Assembly: GCA_963805855.1 (NCBI GenBank)
Contig: CAWDVW010000007.1
Span: forward strand, 192,001-256,000
DNA: 64,000 nt
Reading direction: 5' to 3'
DNA from: Candidatus Dadabacteria bacterium
GTDB lineage: Bacteria; Desulfobacterota_D; UBA1144; Nemesobacterales; CSP1-2
Shown here in pieces: positions 1 to 8,515 of this stretch. A program made the translations under genes and the position numbers. A model generated the notes under the pieces. The model saw only the letters and a program-made list of their open reading frames with translations, did no database searches and was not told the origin of the DNA. The stretch's first letter is position 1, and each line of letters opens with the position of its first letter.

Positions 1-1022
1 CCGGTAAATCTCCGTTCTTCTGTAGTATGATCTTTGGGATCCCAGTTATTCGTACGATCCGAAGATTGCAGAAAAAATTGAGGCGACTTGCCCCTTTTTA
101 TGATCTTTAAACGGACTCGTGTAACAGAATCGACACCTAGGACGGCCAACCATCTCTCAGATGTTAATCCCGCATCAGCCAGTTTAAACTTGTTAATTCC
201 TTCCCGATGTTGTTTAGCATCGGCCAATAATTTTGCGAATATCTTTTCAGCGAGCTGCATTGGTGGTTCTGTGGGGAGACCTTTCAATCGTGCCCATTCT
301 TTGATTGTTTGAACTATGCCCGGTTGCCAGGCCTCTGCTTTGAATAATGAGTCGGGAATTCCCGGGTCGGTTTCGATCCCGTTTTTAAAACTTGGTAGCA
401 AATGGTAGAGAGCCGGGGTGATTCGAGCGGCCTCGCGTTCCCTCGAACTGGGTGGAGAGGTGCCCAGGTCGGCTGTACCGGTGGTAATCTTAATAACTGC
501 TTCAAAGGAGCCTTGATATGGCGTGGCCAAAGTTACTACTTTATTCACGGGTGAGCTTTCACCCCTCTTCCTCAGATAGCCTGTGATAATGAGTCCCCCC
601 ATTGAATGTCCGATGAGATTTACCTTGGGATTTTGGGAATAACCGGCCTGGTGATAGTGCTTTAAAAGTTTTGTTCGGTCGATAACCTCTTCAACAAAAT
701 CATCGAGCTGATCGTGGATGTCATCCAGTCTCATTCTCCAATCGTAGCTAAATGGATAAACGGGAACGGGTCGATCCTCTCTCGACCTAAGGTTATAGCG
801 GAGCTCTTCTACGATCTCTTTATAGGCAATTTCATACAATTGATCAGGTTTTAGTCGAGAAGGTTCTTCTACTTCGTAACGCAGGTCATTTGGATGAAGT
901 GCCACACGTTCATATTCTTTCCTTAAAACTGTCCATACATATTCGGGGGGTAGATTATATTGATCCTTCAAATAAACTGCGGTGATTCCCGGTATCAGAA
1001 TAACTGGGTCTATTAAGGCCAT
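1..1022 (-). CDS. LCAT/PGAP1-like alpha/beta hydrolase (lipase/acyltransferase), 3' end runs off the window
   Basis: Manual translation from ATG at 1022: MALIDPVILIPGITAVYL...FSYDWR...LIGHSMGGL...TLATPYQGS...RFTG. GxSxG nucleophile elbow plus YDWR and ATPxxGS motifs. No stop seen before base 1, which explains its absence from the ORF track. Confidence 0.85.
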   Translation of the reverse strand, partial: MALIDPVILIPGITAVYLKDQYNLPPEYVWTVLRKEYERVALHPNDLRYEVEEPSRLKPDQLYEIAYKEIVEELRYNLRSREDRPVPVYPFSYDWRMRLDDIHDQLDDFVEEVIDRTKLLKHYHQAGYSQNPKVNLIGHSMGGLIITGYLRKRGESSPVNKVVTLATPYQGSFEAVIKITTGTADLGTSPPSSREREAARITPALYHLLPSFKNGIETDPGIPDSLFKAEAWQPGIVQTIKEWARLKGLPTEPPMQLAEKIFAKLLADAKQHREGINKFKLADAGLTSERWLAVLGVDSVTRVRLKIIKRGKSPQFFLQSSDRTNNWDPKDHTTEERRFT

Positions 1023-1153
1023 TGGTCTGCTTTGTAATATTATATTTCAGAATAAACATACTAATCAATAGCGTGAATCCGATTGATCCAACTTGGAAAG
1101 CAATCTACAACTATCAATTGCATGCATTAAAATAAAAAAGTAATTTTATCAGC

Positions 1154-1882
1154 ATGAATGTTCAGAACAGGGTTGCGATTGTAACAGGCGCCTCGTCAGG
1201 AATTGGTCTTGCCATAGCAAAGCTATTAGTGGAGCGGGGCGCCAAAGTCGCTCTCGTTTCCCGTTCCAAAGAAAAGTTGGAAAGTATCTCGAAGTCGCTC
1301 CCCAATTCATTTGCAATTGCTGCAGATATGACAAAGGAAGGCGAAATTCGGAAAATGGTCGGAATGACAAAGGACCATTTCGGTCGCATTGATATTCTCA
1401 TAAACAACGCCGGGCAAGGATACGATGCTCCTGTCGAGAAAATCGATGTTGATACCTTCCGTCATGTCTTCGAACTTGACGTGGTGGGTCCTGTTATCGC
1501 AATGCAGAAGGTCATTCCCGTAATGAAGAGTCATGGCGGAGGGACAATCGTTAACATCAGTTCCGGCACCGCACTAATGTACCTGCCCAATATGGGCGCG
1601 TACTCATCTCTCAAACGGGCATTAGCTGCGATTAGCCTCACGGCAAGAGAGGAGTTAAAAGACGACAATATTGTCGTCAGTGTCGTGTATCCCTATATCA
1701 CACTCACTGAGTTTGAAAAGAATACCATTAAGGATGTTGCTGAAAGTGATGATGGTCAGGAAGGTGGACCCCCGTTTCCTCCCGACACTGCGGAGTATGT
1801 TGCGGAAAAAATACTTGAGGGTATGGAGAGTGGAGAGGTCGAAATCTTTGCACACGATTGGATGAAAAAGATGATAAGGTGA
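1154..1882 (+). CDS. Short-chain dehydrogenase/reductase (SDR)
   Basis: TGASSGIG Rossmann motif, NNAG, catalytic YxxxK (YSSLK). Confidence 0.95.
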   Translation: MNVQNRVAIVTGASSGIGLAIAKLLVERGAKVALVSRSKEKLESISKSLPNSFAIAADMTKEGEIRKMVGMTKDHFGRIDILINNAGQGYDAPVEKIDVDTFRHVFELDVVGPVIAMQKVIPVMKSHGGGTIVNISSGTALMYLPNMGAYSSLKRALAAISLTAREELKDDNIVVSVVYPYITLTEFEKNTIKDVAESDDGQEGGPPFPPDTAEYVAEKILEGMESGEVEIFAHDWMKKMIR

Positions 1883-1978
1883 AAAGGAAAAAATGAGTAC
1901 GAATCCCGTTGAAGGCTCTGGGTTGTTTCTGCGGTATTAGATAACCCCGCCTATCAAATAATATGACAAACTACGATA

Positions 1979-2000
1979 GGCGGGACATTCTTGTCCCGCC
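1979..2000. repeat. REP-like palindrome / possible terminator
   Basis: GGCGGGACA-TTCT-TGTCCCGCC, perfect 9-bp stem downstream of the SDR gene. Confidence 0.6.
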
Positions 2001-2218
2001 AATGTTTGGTGGAGTGAAGGGTGCTCTTTCCCCTTTCTACAAAAAAATGCGTTGTCGGCGGTAATTCTCACCTTCCAATACGTCTTCGATCACTCCATTT
2101 ACAATCCCATGTTATTCATATCACGGAGAATAAATAAAAAAATCTTTCCCTTGTGTATTTTGTTATCAACTGATAGCCTGAAAGCTAAGACTTGATTCGA
2201 TTCATATGTATTCTCAGT

Positions 2219-2911
2219 ATGAAACAGGTATCAACTTTTGGTGAACGCGCGTTCCAATTCTATACCTCTCTTGAACTGTGCAATAAACTGCCGCGGGGTG
2301 TGGTCGCCCTTAATCCATACCGTACGCCGCGTATTCCAGATTACATAAGATTGTTTTTGCGTAAGTTCTTTTCGGACAACCAGAAACGAGTGCTTGTCTT
2401 TGGGATTAATCCAGGAAGATTTGGTGCAGGTATTACTGGCGTCACTTTCACCGATCCAATAGCGCTCGAATCATTTTGCGGCGTTGCGAACGACCTACCA
2501 AAAAAGAGGGAACTTTCTTCGGTGTTTATTTACGAATTCATCAAATTATGGGGCGGTCCAGAGAAGTTTTATGGAGATTTTTTCCTAACGGCTGTTTCTC
2601 CGTTAGGATTTGTCAAAGACGGCAGGAACTTTAACTTCTATGATCATCCGGCTCTTCTCCGCGATATCAAACCGTTCCTTATCCGGTCGATCGAATCTCA
2701 ATTGGGGTTCGGAGCATGTCGCGAAGCAGCCATCGTGCTAGGCACGGGAAAGATTAAGCAAGTCTTCGAAGACCTCAACCGCGAATGTAGCTTTTTCAAA
2801 ATTGTCCACGCCGTAGAACATCCTCGATTTATCATGCAGTACCGACGCCGAAATGTTGGCGATTATCTCCGAAAATATTCTGAGCTGTTTGAGCGAGCTC
2901 TTAGAGAATAA
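2219..2911 (+). CDS. DUF4918 / SMUG2-like uracil-DNA glycosylase superfamily protein
   Basis: GINPGRFGAGITGVTFTDP and EHPRFIMQY motifs. ATG 2219 preferred over TTG 2192. Confidence 0.85.
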   Translation: MKQVSTFGERAFQFYTSLELCNKLPRGVVALNPYRTPRIPDYIRLFLRKFFSDNQKRVLVFGINPGRFGAGITGVTFTDPIALESFCGVANDLPKKRELSSVFIYEFIKLWGGPEKFYGDFFLTAVSPLGFVKDGRNFNFYDHPALLRDIKPFLIRSIESQLGFGACREAAIVLGTGKIKQVFEDLNRECSFFKIVHAVEHPRFIMQYRRRNVGDYLRKYSELFERALRE

Positions 2912-3011
2912 GTAAATCTCAGCTCGGAGTTTTCCTTGCGCTTCTGAGGAATTCTAAAGCCGCAAACATCTTCGGTCAAAAGGACCAGTAAAAGGTATTG
3001 AGCAGAATAAA

Positions 3012-3701
3012 TCACAACCATTCGAAGGCTTTCTCAATTGCTGGATGACCACGTTTTTGCATTATCTGCCCATGCGCCATAATTACACGATCAAACTCCC
3101 ACGAAAGAATTTTATCAATAGATGATTTTGCTTGCTCCCTGCTTCTGATGAGAAGGTATCGTTCTACTCGTGGAACACCGAAATTCTCGTAAACGCCATC
3201 CAGCCAAACAAATATCTTTGTCCACATTGGTAGCTCGGCTCTAAAATTGCAGATTAGATCGGTCAGTATGAGCGTGTGGCTCGAAATGTGAAAAAATACT
3301 ACTTCGTTAAGCATTGGCATCCCCCCAAATACTAAATGCTTTAACCCATCCTGACAGCCATACGTTTTTCCGTCCGTAAGTGCCCCATTAAAGGATAGAT
3401 CTGAGCGCTTCTTTTGAAGGCCACGTGCGGCAATAATCTCTGTCTTAGGGTAAGCGCTAAAATAATCTTTTAGGTAAACATGATGGAATCTATTTGGCGC
3501 GACCACGTACCGAACGGGGGCTATTGCGTCTAGATGTTTGCACGTTTCGCAAGTTAGCTGGATTGGTGAATGCAGAAAAAGATCGCCGGTCTCAAGACGG
3601 ACTATCGTCATCCGAACACCTATTTCTATACCCAGGAATCTGTGGGGTTGATCGAATATCCAGAGATTTGGGGCCAGTAAGGTTAGTTTATTTCTCAGCA
3701 T
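3012..3701 (-). CDS. DUF4336 domain protein (metallo-beta-lactamase-like fold)
   Basis: RMTIVRL..G.L.LHSP, VAPNRFHH, EVVFFH..S.TLILTD, RVIMAHG. Start at MLRNK inferred. Confidence 0.85.
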   Translation of the reverse strand: MLRNKLTLLAPNLWIFDQPHRFLGIEIGVRMTIVRLETGDLFLHSPIQLTCETCKHLDAIAPVRYVVAPNRFHHVYLKDYFSAYPKTEIIAARGLQKKRSDLSFNGALTDGKTYGCQDGLKHLVFGGMPMLNEVVFFHISSHTLILTDLICNFRAELPMWTKIFVWLDGVYENFGVPRVERYLLIRSREQAKSSIDKILSWEFDRVIMAHGQIMQKRGHPAIEKAFEWL

Positions 3702-3912
3702 AATGCTATTACCATACGAGAACTCTCTGTGAGTTAAATCTTCAAGAATTACCGTTAAATATAATCCTATAGGGTATGTATTAAAGGAAAAAATGATCAC
3801 GGCCGTGTAGGCTCCGCCACTCTAGTTTCTTTATAAAGGAGGATTAAGAAAGATTCTCCGAAGCCTTATCGTTGCCTTTCCTTAATCGAAGCTCCACAAG
3901 TCACCAGGATAT

Positions 3913-3935
3913 GTAGCGGAGGACTTTAGTCCTCC
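3913..3935 (+). repeat. GTAG-family REP element
   Basis: GTAGC followed by the hairpin GGAGGACT-TT-AGTCCTCC, intergenic. Confidence 0.6.
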
Positions 3936-4062
3936 ATTTATCCTGTAATTACTAACGAAAACAAAGGCTGGGATGAAAAACCCGGAGTTTAAAGAAAACT
4001 AAAGACTGAAAATAATTCATTTATTCACGCCACACCCCATATACATATACATTGTAGCGAAT

Positions 4063-4380
4063 ATGGTATCGAAGGAAGAGCAATACGCACGCAGCTGCTA
4101 TGCAGAAGTCGCATTAGTACCGCACTCGTCGATGGCACAATGGGTAAGGGAAGCTGATAAAATTATTTTGATTGATGGTTGTTTCTTGAAATGCATCGGT
4201 AGGGTTTTGAAAAACCTAGTTGATGAGCGGAAAATAGTTCACATCGATGCCCTGTCTTTGTACAAGAAGTACGCAGAGATTTTCTCTATAGATGACGTGC
4301 CCGAAGCAGAACGGAAAGAGGTAGCCAGCCAGGTTGCCGGTAAAATTCTTAGCATGCTCGACGAAAGGAAGGAACCGTGA
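4063..4380 (+). pseudogene. 5'-truncated DGC-domain putative zinc-binding protein
   Basis: IILIDGCFLKC motif and the C-terminal half are present. Similarity appears to stop just upstream (..ANMVSKEE) and the usual N-terminal Cys-containing segment is missing. Confidence 0.6.
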
Positions 4381-4581
4381 AAGATGTAAGGCTCGAATAA
4401 AAAGGAGGCTGACACCTTTTTCGACACCTTTTCGAATTCACCTTAATGCATCTCATCAACAACACCAGCTTCCATCAGTTCTCCAGCAATCAAATCCATG
4501 CCCCTCTGAGCTGGGTCATCGCCCGCTGTGGTATAATCCGCATAAAGTTACATGATCGCAGATGCGGCAAGGAGATTACAA

Positions 4582-5145
4582 ATGATGAACAACACAAAAA
4601 AGAGAACTGATTGGAAACAGAAAGTTATCCACGAACTGCTAGAGTACTGGATAAATGTCATTTATTTAGCTTTTTTTTTCGGCGTGTTTACATCGTACCG
4701 AAGATTAATACTGGCCCAGTATCAGATCAGCTACTTTGAGTACGGAGTCAGTATAATACAAGCGCTAGTGTTAGGCAAAGTCATTATGATAGGGAATGCT
4801 TTGAGAATTGGCCAAAGGTTTCAAGGAATGCCTTTGATTTTTCCAACCATATTCAGGGCGTTTATTTTTAGCATTTGGGTGATTCTCTATAAGATTCTCG
4901 AGCATACCGTCGTAGGACTTGCACATGGAAAAGGCCTAGCGGGAGGATTCAACGAGCTTATAGGGCAGGGCAGCTATGAATTGATTGCTGGATCTCTGGT
5001 CACATTTTTCGCTTTTATACCCTTCTTTGCTGTCAAGGAATTAGGACGGGTGATGGGTGCAGGTAAATTAGCTGAACTGTTTTTCCGAAGACGAATTGCT
5101 AAGGAATCCAATTTCGATATTGCAGCAACTCCTCCTTCTCCTTGA
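4582..5145 (+). CDS. Hypothetical integral membrane protein (about 4 TM helices)
   Basis: AAGGAG RBS 7 nt before ATG 4582; hydrophobic segments. Confidence 0.75.
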   Translation: MMNNTKKRTDWKQKVIHELLEYWINVIYLAFFFGVFTSYRRLILAQYQISYFEYGVSIIQALVLGKVIMIGNALRIGQRFQGMPLIFPTIFRAFIFSIWVILYKILEHTVVGLAHGKGLAGGFNELIGQGSYELIAGSLVTFFAFIPFFAVKELGRVMGAGKLAELFFRRRIAKESNFDIAATPPSP

Positions 5146-5422
5146 GGGAATAAGTGTTGTGCAAGAAAATACGCTACTAGAACCCATCAGTCGAGAGGTA
5201 TTCATAACGATCTGATCTCCCCCCATGATAGGTCTATAACTTTAGTTAGATTTTGGATAGAATCCCTTATATACAAGAGTCAACTTGAATAGCCAGGAAG
5301 CATTGCATTCTCGATATTACAACTTAAGCCAACCTTGACAAAAGGGGAGCAGTACATAAGAGGGTAAACACAATTTTAGACCGTGTCCCACTCTCGGACT
5401 CTCCCGTTTCTCTGATTGGCAG

Positions 5423-5684
5423 TTAACTCAAGATATCTTTCTTCATCTGTTCGAATTCATCTTTAGTGATTTCGCCTCTCGCATACCGCTTTTTTAATAT
5501 GTCTAATGCACTTTCCGACTCCCCACCTTGGCCATAGTACCTACCAGGACCTGACCATGGAGGCCAACAACCCCATCGTCGCCGGGCAAATAAAAACACA
5601 ACAATCATGATCACGGCGAACATAAGCATTGGGAATATCCACAGTACCAGCCCAAGGCCACCACATTGTCTGTTCTGGTCCCAT
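5423..5684 (-). pseudogene. SHOCT-domain membrane protein, frameshifted by a 1-bp insertion
   Basis: GGAGG RBS plus ATG at 5684 gives MGPEQTMWWPWAG. Removing one base near 5644 joins it to MWIFPMLMF...ALDILKKRYARGEITKDEFEQMKKDI (SHOCT). Confidence 0.8.
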
Positions 5685-5789
5685 CTTTTACCTCCATTCT
5701 CGTTAATCTTTGCTCAAACAGCACCTGACATAAATTCCGCAACTTTCTGACTGGGTTGAACTTATGCCATTCCCATCTTATGCTTGTAC

Positions 5790-6089
5790 TTACTCACCTA
5801 CATTTTGCGTAAACAAGATGGAAGCCATTTTCAATACAAAATCTTTTTTATCTTCTTCTGAGAGTTTTGGCAGCATCAGTTCAAGACAATGAGGCATCAT
5901 CTTCATCATCATTTGTGGCATCATTGGCATCTCACCTTCTTTACAAGAACCGCTCTTTATTTCTTCCGCCATCTTATGCTTCTCTTCCGCTGTCATATCG
6001 GCGCTGCACTTTGACATCATTTTGTCCATCATTTCATTCATGTCTTCTTTACCCATGTGTTCCTTTATGTTCCCCATGATTTCTTTCAT
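5790..6089 (-). CDS. Small Met-rich hypothetical protein (MMPQMMMKMMPHC), possible metal binding
   Basis: GGGGGGTG RBS before ATG 6089; alternative in-frame ATG at 6167 inside the duplicated leader. Confidence 0.7.
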   Translation of the reverse strand: MKEIMGNIKEHMGKEDMNEMMDKMMSKCSADMTAEEKHKMAEEIKSGSCKEGEMPMMPQMMMKMMPHCLELMLPKLSEEDKKDFVLKMASILFTQNVGE

Positions 6090-6126
6090 TTTTTCACCCC
6101 CCAAATATCGTTTTATTACTCTTGAC

Positions 6127-6142
6127 TGCACAAAGTACGCCA
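6127..6142 (-). promoter_or_regulatory. sigma54 (-24/-12) promoter, proximal copy
   Basis: TGGCGTACTTTGTGCA = GG-N10-GC. Confidence 0.6.
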
Positions 6143-6203
6143 AAACTAGTAATACAACCAGTTTCATTTTTTCACCCCCTAAATATCTTTTTTTACTCTT
6201 AAG

Positions 6204-6219
6204 TGCATAAAGTGTGCCA
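6204..6219 (-). promoter_or_regulatory. sigma54 (-24/-12) promoter, distal copy
   Basis: TGGCACACTTTATGCA, close to the TGGCAC-N5-TTGCA consensus. Confidence 0.7.
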
Positions 6220-6526
6220 GAACTATTAATACCGTATTTAGCAGGTGCTAGATAAATGAACACTTGATTTGAGAATAGAGATGTTGACTTGTGTCAGATT
6301 ATCGAACAGAGACGGGCTCTAGCAGCACCCTTTTTTGTTCAGTAGACCTAAGCAAGATTCTAGGTCATTCAGATATTAATTTAACAATTAGAACTTACTT
6401 CCACCCGGAAAATTCCCTAAGAGAAGCAGTTGAAAAATTAGCGAATTTCACTACCAACTGAAGCAAAAATCGTAGCAATGAATTGTCCAATAGTTGAGGG
6501 TCTATCATAACTTCTCGACATTATTG

Positions 6527-6600
6527 CGTCCCCGACTGGATTCGAACCAGTGGCCTCAGGATTAGGAATCCTGCGCTCTATCCTGCTGAGCTACGGGGAC
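6527..6600 (-). tRNA. tRNA-Arg (anticodon CCT), CCA not encoded
   Basis: GTCCCCGTAGCTCAGCAGGATAGAGCG CAGGA-TTCCTAA-TCCTG ...GGTTCGAATCC AGTCGGGGACG; cloverleaf intact. Confidence 0.97.
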
Positions 6601-6727
6601 GATTCGAAGATTTAAGCCATTATTATTAACAGATATAAATCGCTGCTTCAATAGCAAGTCTATTTTTGAGCGCTCTTTAGTCAATTGAAAATCGGTTTAA
6701 AAACGCGAAAGTAACAATTTTGAGTAG

Positions 6728-6767
6728 AAAAAAAACCCAGAGGCCTTTTTGTTTGAGGCCTCTGGGT
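6728..6767 (-). terminator. Rho-independent terminator
   Basis: ACCCAGAGGCCT-N9-AGGCCTCTGGGT, ending in a T8 run on the minus strand. Confidence 0.85.
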
Positions 6768-6805
6768 CAGGCGCAGAAGGGTGGGGTGAGAAGGAAGAAA
6801 ATATG
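6728..6805 (-). ncRNA. Candidate ~75-80 nt small RNA with a CU-rich anti-SD-like 5' region
   Basis: UUUUCUUCCUUCUCACCCCACCCUUCU directly precedes the strong terminator; no ORF; upstream box array. The 5' end is estimated. Confidence 0.5.
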
Positions 6806-6827
6806 AGGAACAGGTTAATGGCAATTT

Positions 6828-6866
6828 TTTAAGGAATTACTAAGGTAAGGTTAAGCTGGCGTTAAG
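6828..6866 (-). promoter_or_regulatory. Four direct repeats at 11-bp period (OmpR/PhoB-type response regulator boxes)
   Basis: Minus strand CTTAAC-N5-CTTAAC-N5-CTTAGT-N5-CTTAAA. Confidence 0.6.
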
Positions 6867-6965
6867 TCGATTTCCGAGAAAAACGAGCTTATAAACCCCT
6901 TCAAACAAGTTATCAATGCGCCGCTCGGGCTGGAGGTGTAATTCATGGATTTTTAGACTCTTTGG

Positions 6966-6990
6966 GTAGGTCACGAGTATTGCTCGTGAC
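6966..6990 (+). repeat. GTAG-family REP element
   Basis: GTAG followed by the hairpin GTCACGAG-TATTG-CTCGTGAC. Confidence 0.6.
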
Positions 6991-7017
6991 TATAGATTAT
7001 CTTACTTGTCTTTCTAA

Positions 7018-7180
7018 CTTCTTTGTCTTGATACAAAGAAGCAAACATCAAGGTTGCCCAGGAAGGTTGCTAAAAACTCCTGAACCTCCGACTACAAAAA
7101 GGTAATTCAACCACAACCCGCAAATTATTTCGCAGTCTTTATTCCTGATTTTCTTAACGCAATTTTTGGAAGGCCAATTA
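7018..7180. repeat. Dispersed ~160-bp structured repeat, copy 1
   Basis: Shares TTGTCTTGATACAAAGAAGCAAACATCAAGG...GCTAAAAA...CTCCGACTA...TCTTAACGCAATTTTTGGAA.GCCAATTA with 10189-10347. Confidence 0.9.
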
Positions 7181-7229
7181 TAGATAGATTAGTCATCTGC
7201 TTGTTCGAGGGCTATTGTTTTTCCTTTAC

Positions 7230-7568
7230 TTAAGGCTGTTCGTTTATGTCTTCCTCGATTGCATCGATTTCATCTTCGGTTTGCTCCTGATATTCAACAT
7301 CCTGCTCTTCATGGCTGAGTTCGTAGTCCAGCTCGTCCTCTTCACTTCCGCCTACAAACTCGTTCTGTTCTTCGTCGTAGGCCTCGTCCTGTTCTTCATC
7401 ACCATGATAAAGGTCCTCGTTAACCTGATTTTGCTCCTCCTCGAGACTATCTTCTATCGCGATCGATTGATCGGGTTCTTGGCGATTCTCCGAAAAGGAA
7501 AATTCGAGGGTAGTAATAGTCAATATTAAAGACAGTACAGACAGAACGATAAGGTTAAATGTACTCAT
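7230..7568 (-). CDS. Secreted, extremely acidic hypothetical protein
   Basis: AGGAG RBS; hydrophobic N-terminal signal; mature part about 40% Asp/Glu with no Lys. Confidence 0.75.
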   Translation of the reverse strand: MSTFNLIVLSVLSLILTITTLEFSFSENRQEPDQSIAIEDSLEEEQNQVNEDLYHGDEEQDEAYDEEQNEFVGGSEEDELDYELSHEEQDVEYQEQTEDEIDAIEEDINEQP

Positions 7569-7664
7569 ATATTAACTCCTTTTGCGTAATGTAATAACAT
7601 ATACCCTGGTTTCATCAAATATCCACCATTAACGATACCATAAAATAAAATTTGGATGTATCGT

Positions 7665-8375
7665 CTACATTACAAGACCCTTAAGTAAATGTCCCACCAA
7701 ATATGCGATCGCAGCCGCGGCACCACCCATAAATAATGTTCCTACTCCCGAGATGATCCAATTGGTTTCTAAAATCTTGCCTTTGATCGAGCCAACTATG
7801 AACAGCGCGCAGGACGTCAGAAGGAATGATATCGGAAAGGTTTGCGCGGCTATTAAGTCAAAAAAGTGAGAAAATAAGTATGCGAGAAGTGGGATTATGC
7901 CGATTATGTTAAAAGCGAAAAAGGTTACAAAGGCGCCTTTTAATGGTGATTTCTGCTCTTCAATAATCCCCAGCTCATCCTTCATCATTGTGTCTATCCA
8001 GATCCTTCTATCACTCGTAATAATCTCAACGGCATCATCGAGCTGCTTCCCTCTGAACCCTTTATCCCTAAATATCTCTCTGATCTCGTGTTTCTCTATC
8101 TCTGGCTCTTCGTCTATGTGAGCCTCCTCTATTCTTTTTGCTTTCTGAACATATTCATGTGTTGATTTCAGGCTCATGTAATTCCCTACGGCCATCGAAA
8201 ACCCGTCGGCCAGGAGATTGGCGAAGCCCAAAATAAGTACGATGGATGCGGAAAGCGATGCCCCTTCGACACCCGAGACGACAGCGAAAGTTGTGACGGT
8301 TCCATCCAGACCTGCAAACACGAAGTCGGATATGTAGGTGCCGCTTGATGATCCCGTGTATATATTCTCTGACAT
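7665..8375 (-). CDS. VIT1/CCC1 family iron/manganese transporter
   Basis: GLDGTVTTFAVVSG, ANLLADGFSMAVGNY, MMKDELG motifs. Confidence 0.93.
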   Translation of the reverse strand: MSENIYTGSSSGTYISDFVFAGLDGTVTTFAVVSGVEGASLSASIVLILGFANLLADGFSMAVGNYMSLKSTHEYVQKAKRIEEAHIDEEPEIEKHEIREIFRDKGFRGKQLDDAVEIITSDRRIWIDTMMKDELGIIEEQKSPLKGAFVTFFAFNIIGIIPLLAYLFSHFFDLIAAQTFPISFLLTSCALFIVGSIKGKILETNWIISGVGTLFMGGAAAAIAYLVGHLLKGLVM

Positions 8376-8515
8376 GCCAAATAAAAATCTATCCGTCTAG
8401 GAGAGATAAAACAATAGATTTTACACGACATTCTCTGGAGGTCGAGGCATTCGGGTAGGTATTAGAATCATGTTGTTGTATAATAACTACAATAGTTTTA
8501 GGACACTCAGAATTT

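Larger units (their letters stand above)
6084..6232. repeat. Diverged tandem duplication (~78-bp unit) of promoter, RBS and start codon
   Basis: TTTCATTTTTTCACCCCC(C/T)AAATATC...TTACTCTT..TGCA.AAAGT..GCCA.AACTA.TAATAC occurs at 6084 and 6162. Confidence 0.9.

Noticed and set aside
88-505. Short ORFs 88-312 (+) and 314-505 (-)
   Set aside because: Both overlap the real LCAT-like gene at 1-1022 (-)
4063-4380. Selenoprotein or TGA read-through explaining the short DGC gene
   Set aside because: No in-frame TGA at the break point; the upstream frame simply loses similarity
7215-7529. Very hydrophobic 104-aa plus-strand ORF resembling a membrane protein
   Set aside because: Antisense of the acidic protein's GAA/GAG/GAT codons; no RBS, whereas the minus ORF has AGGAG and a signal peptide
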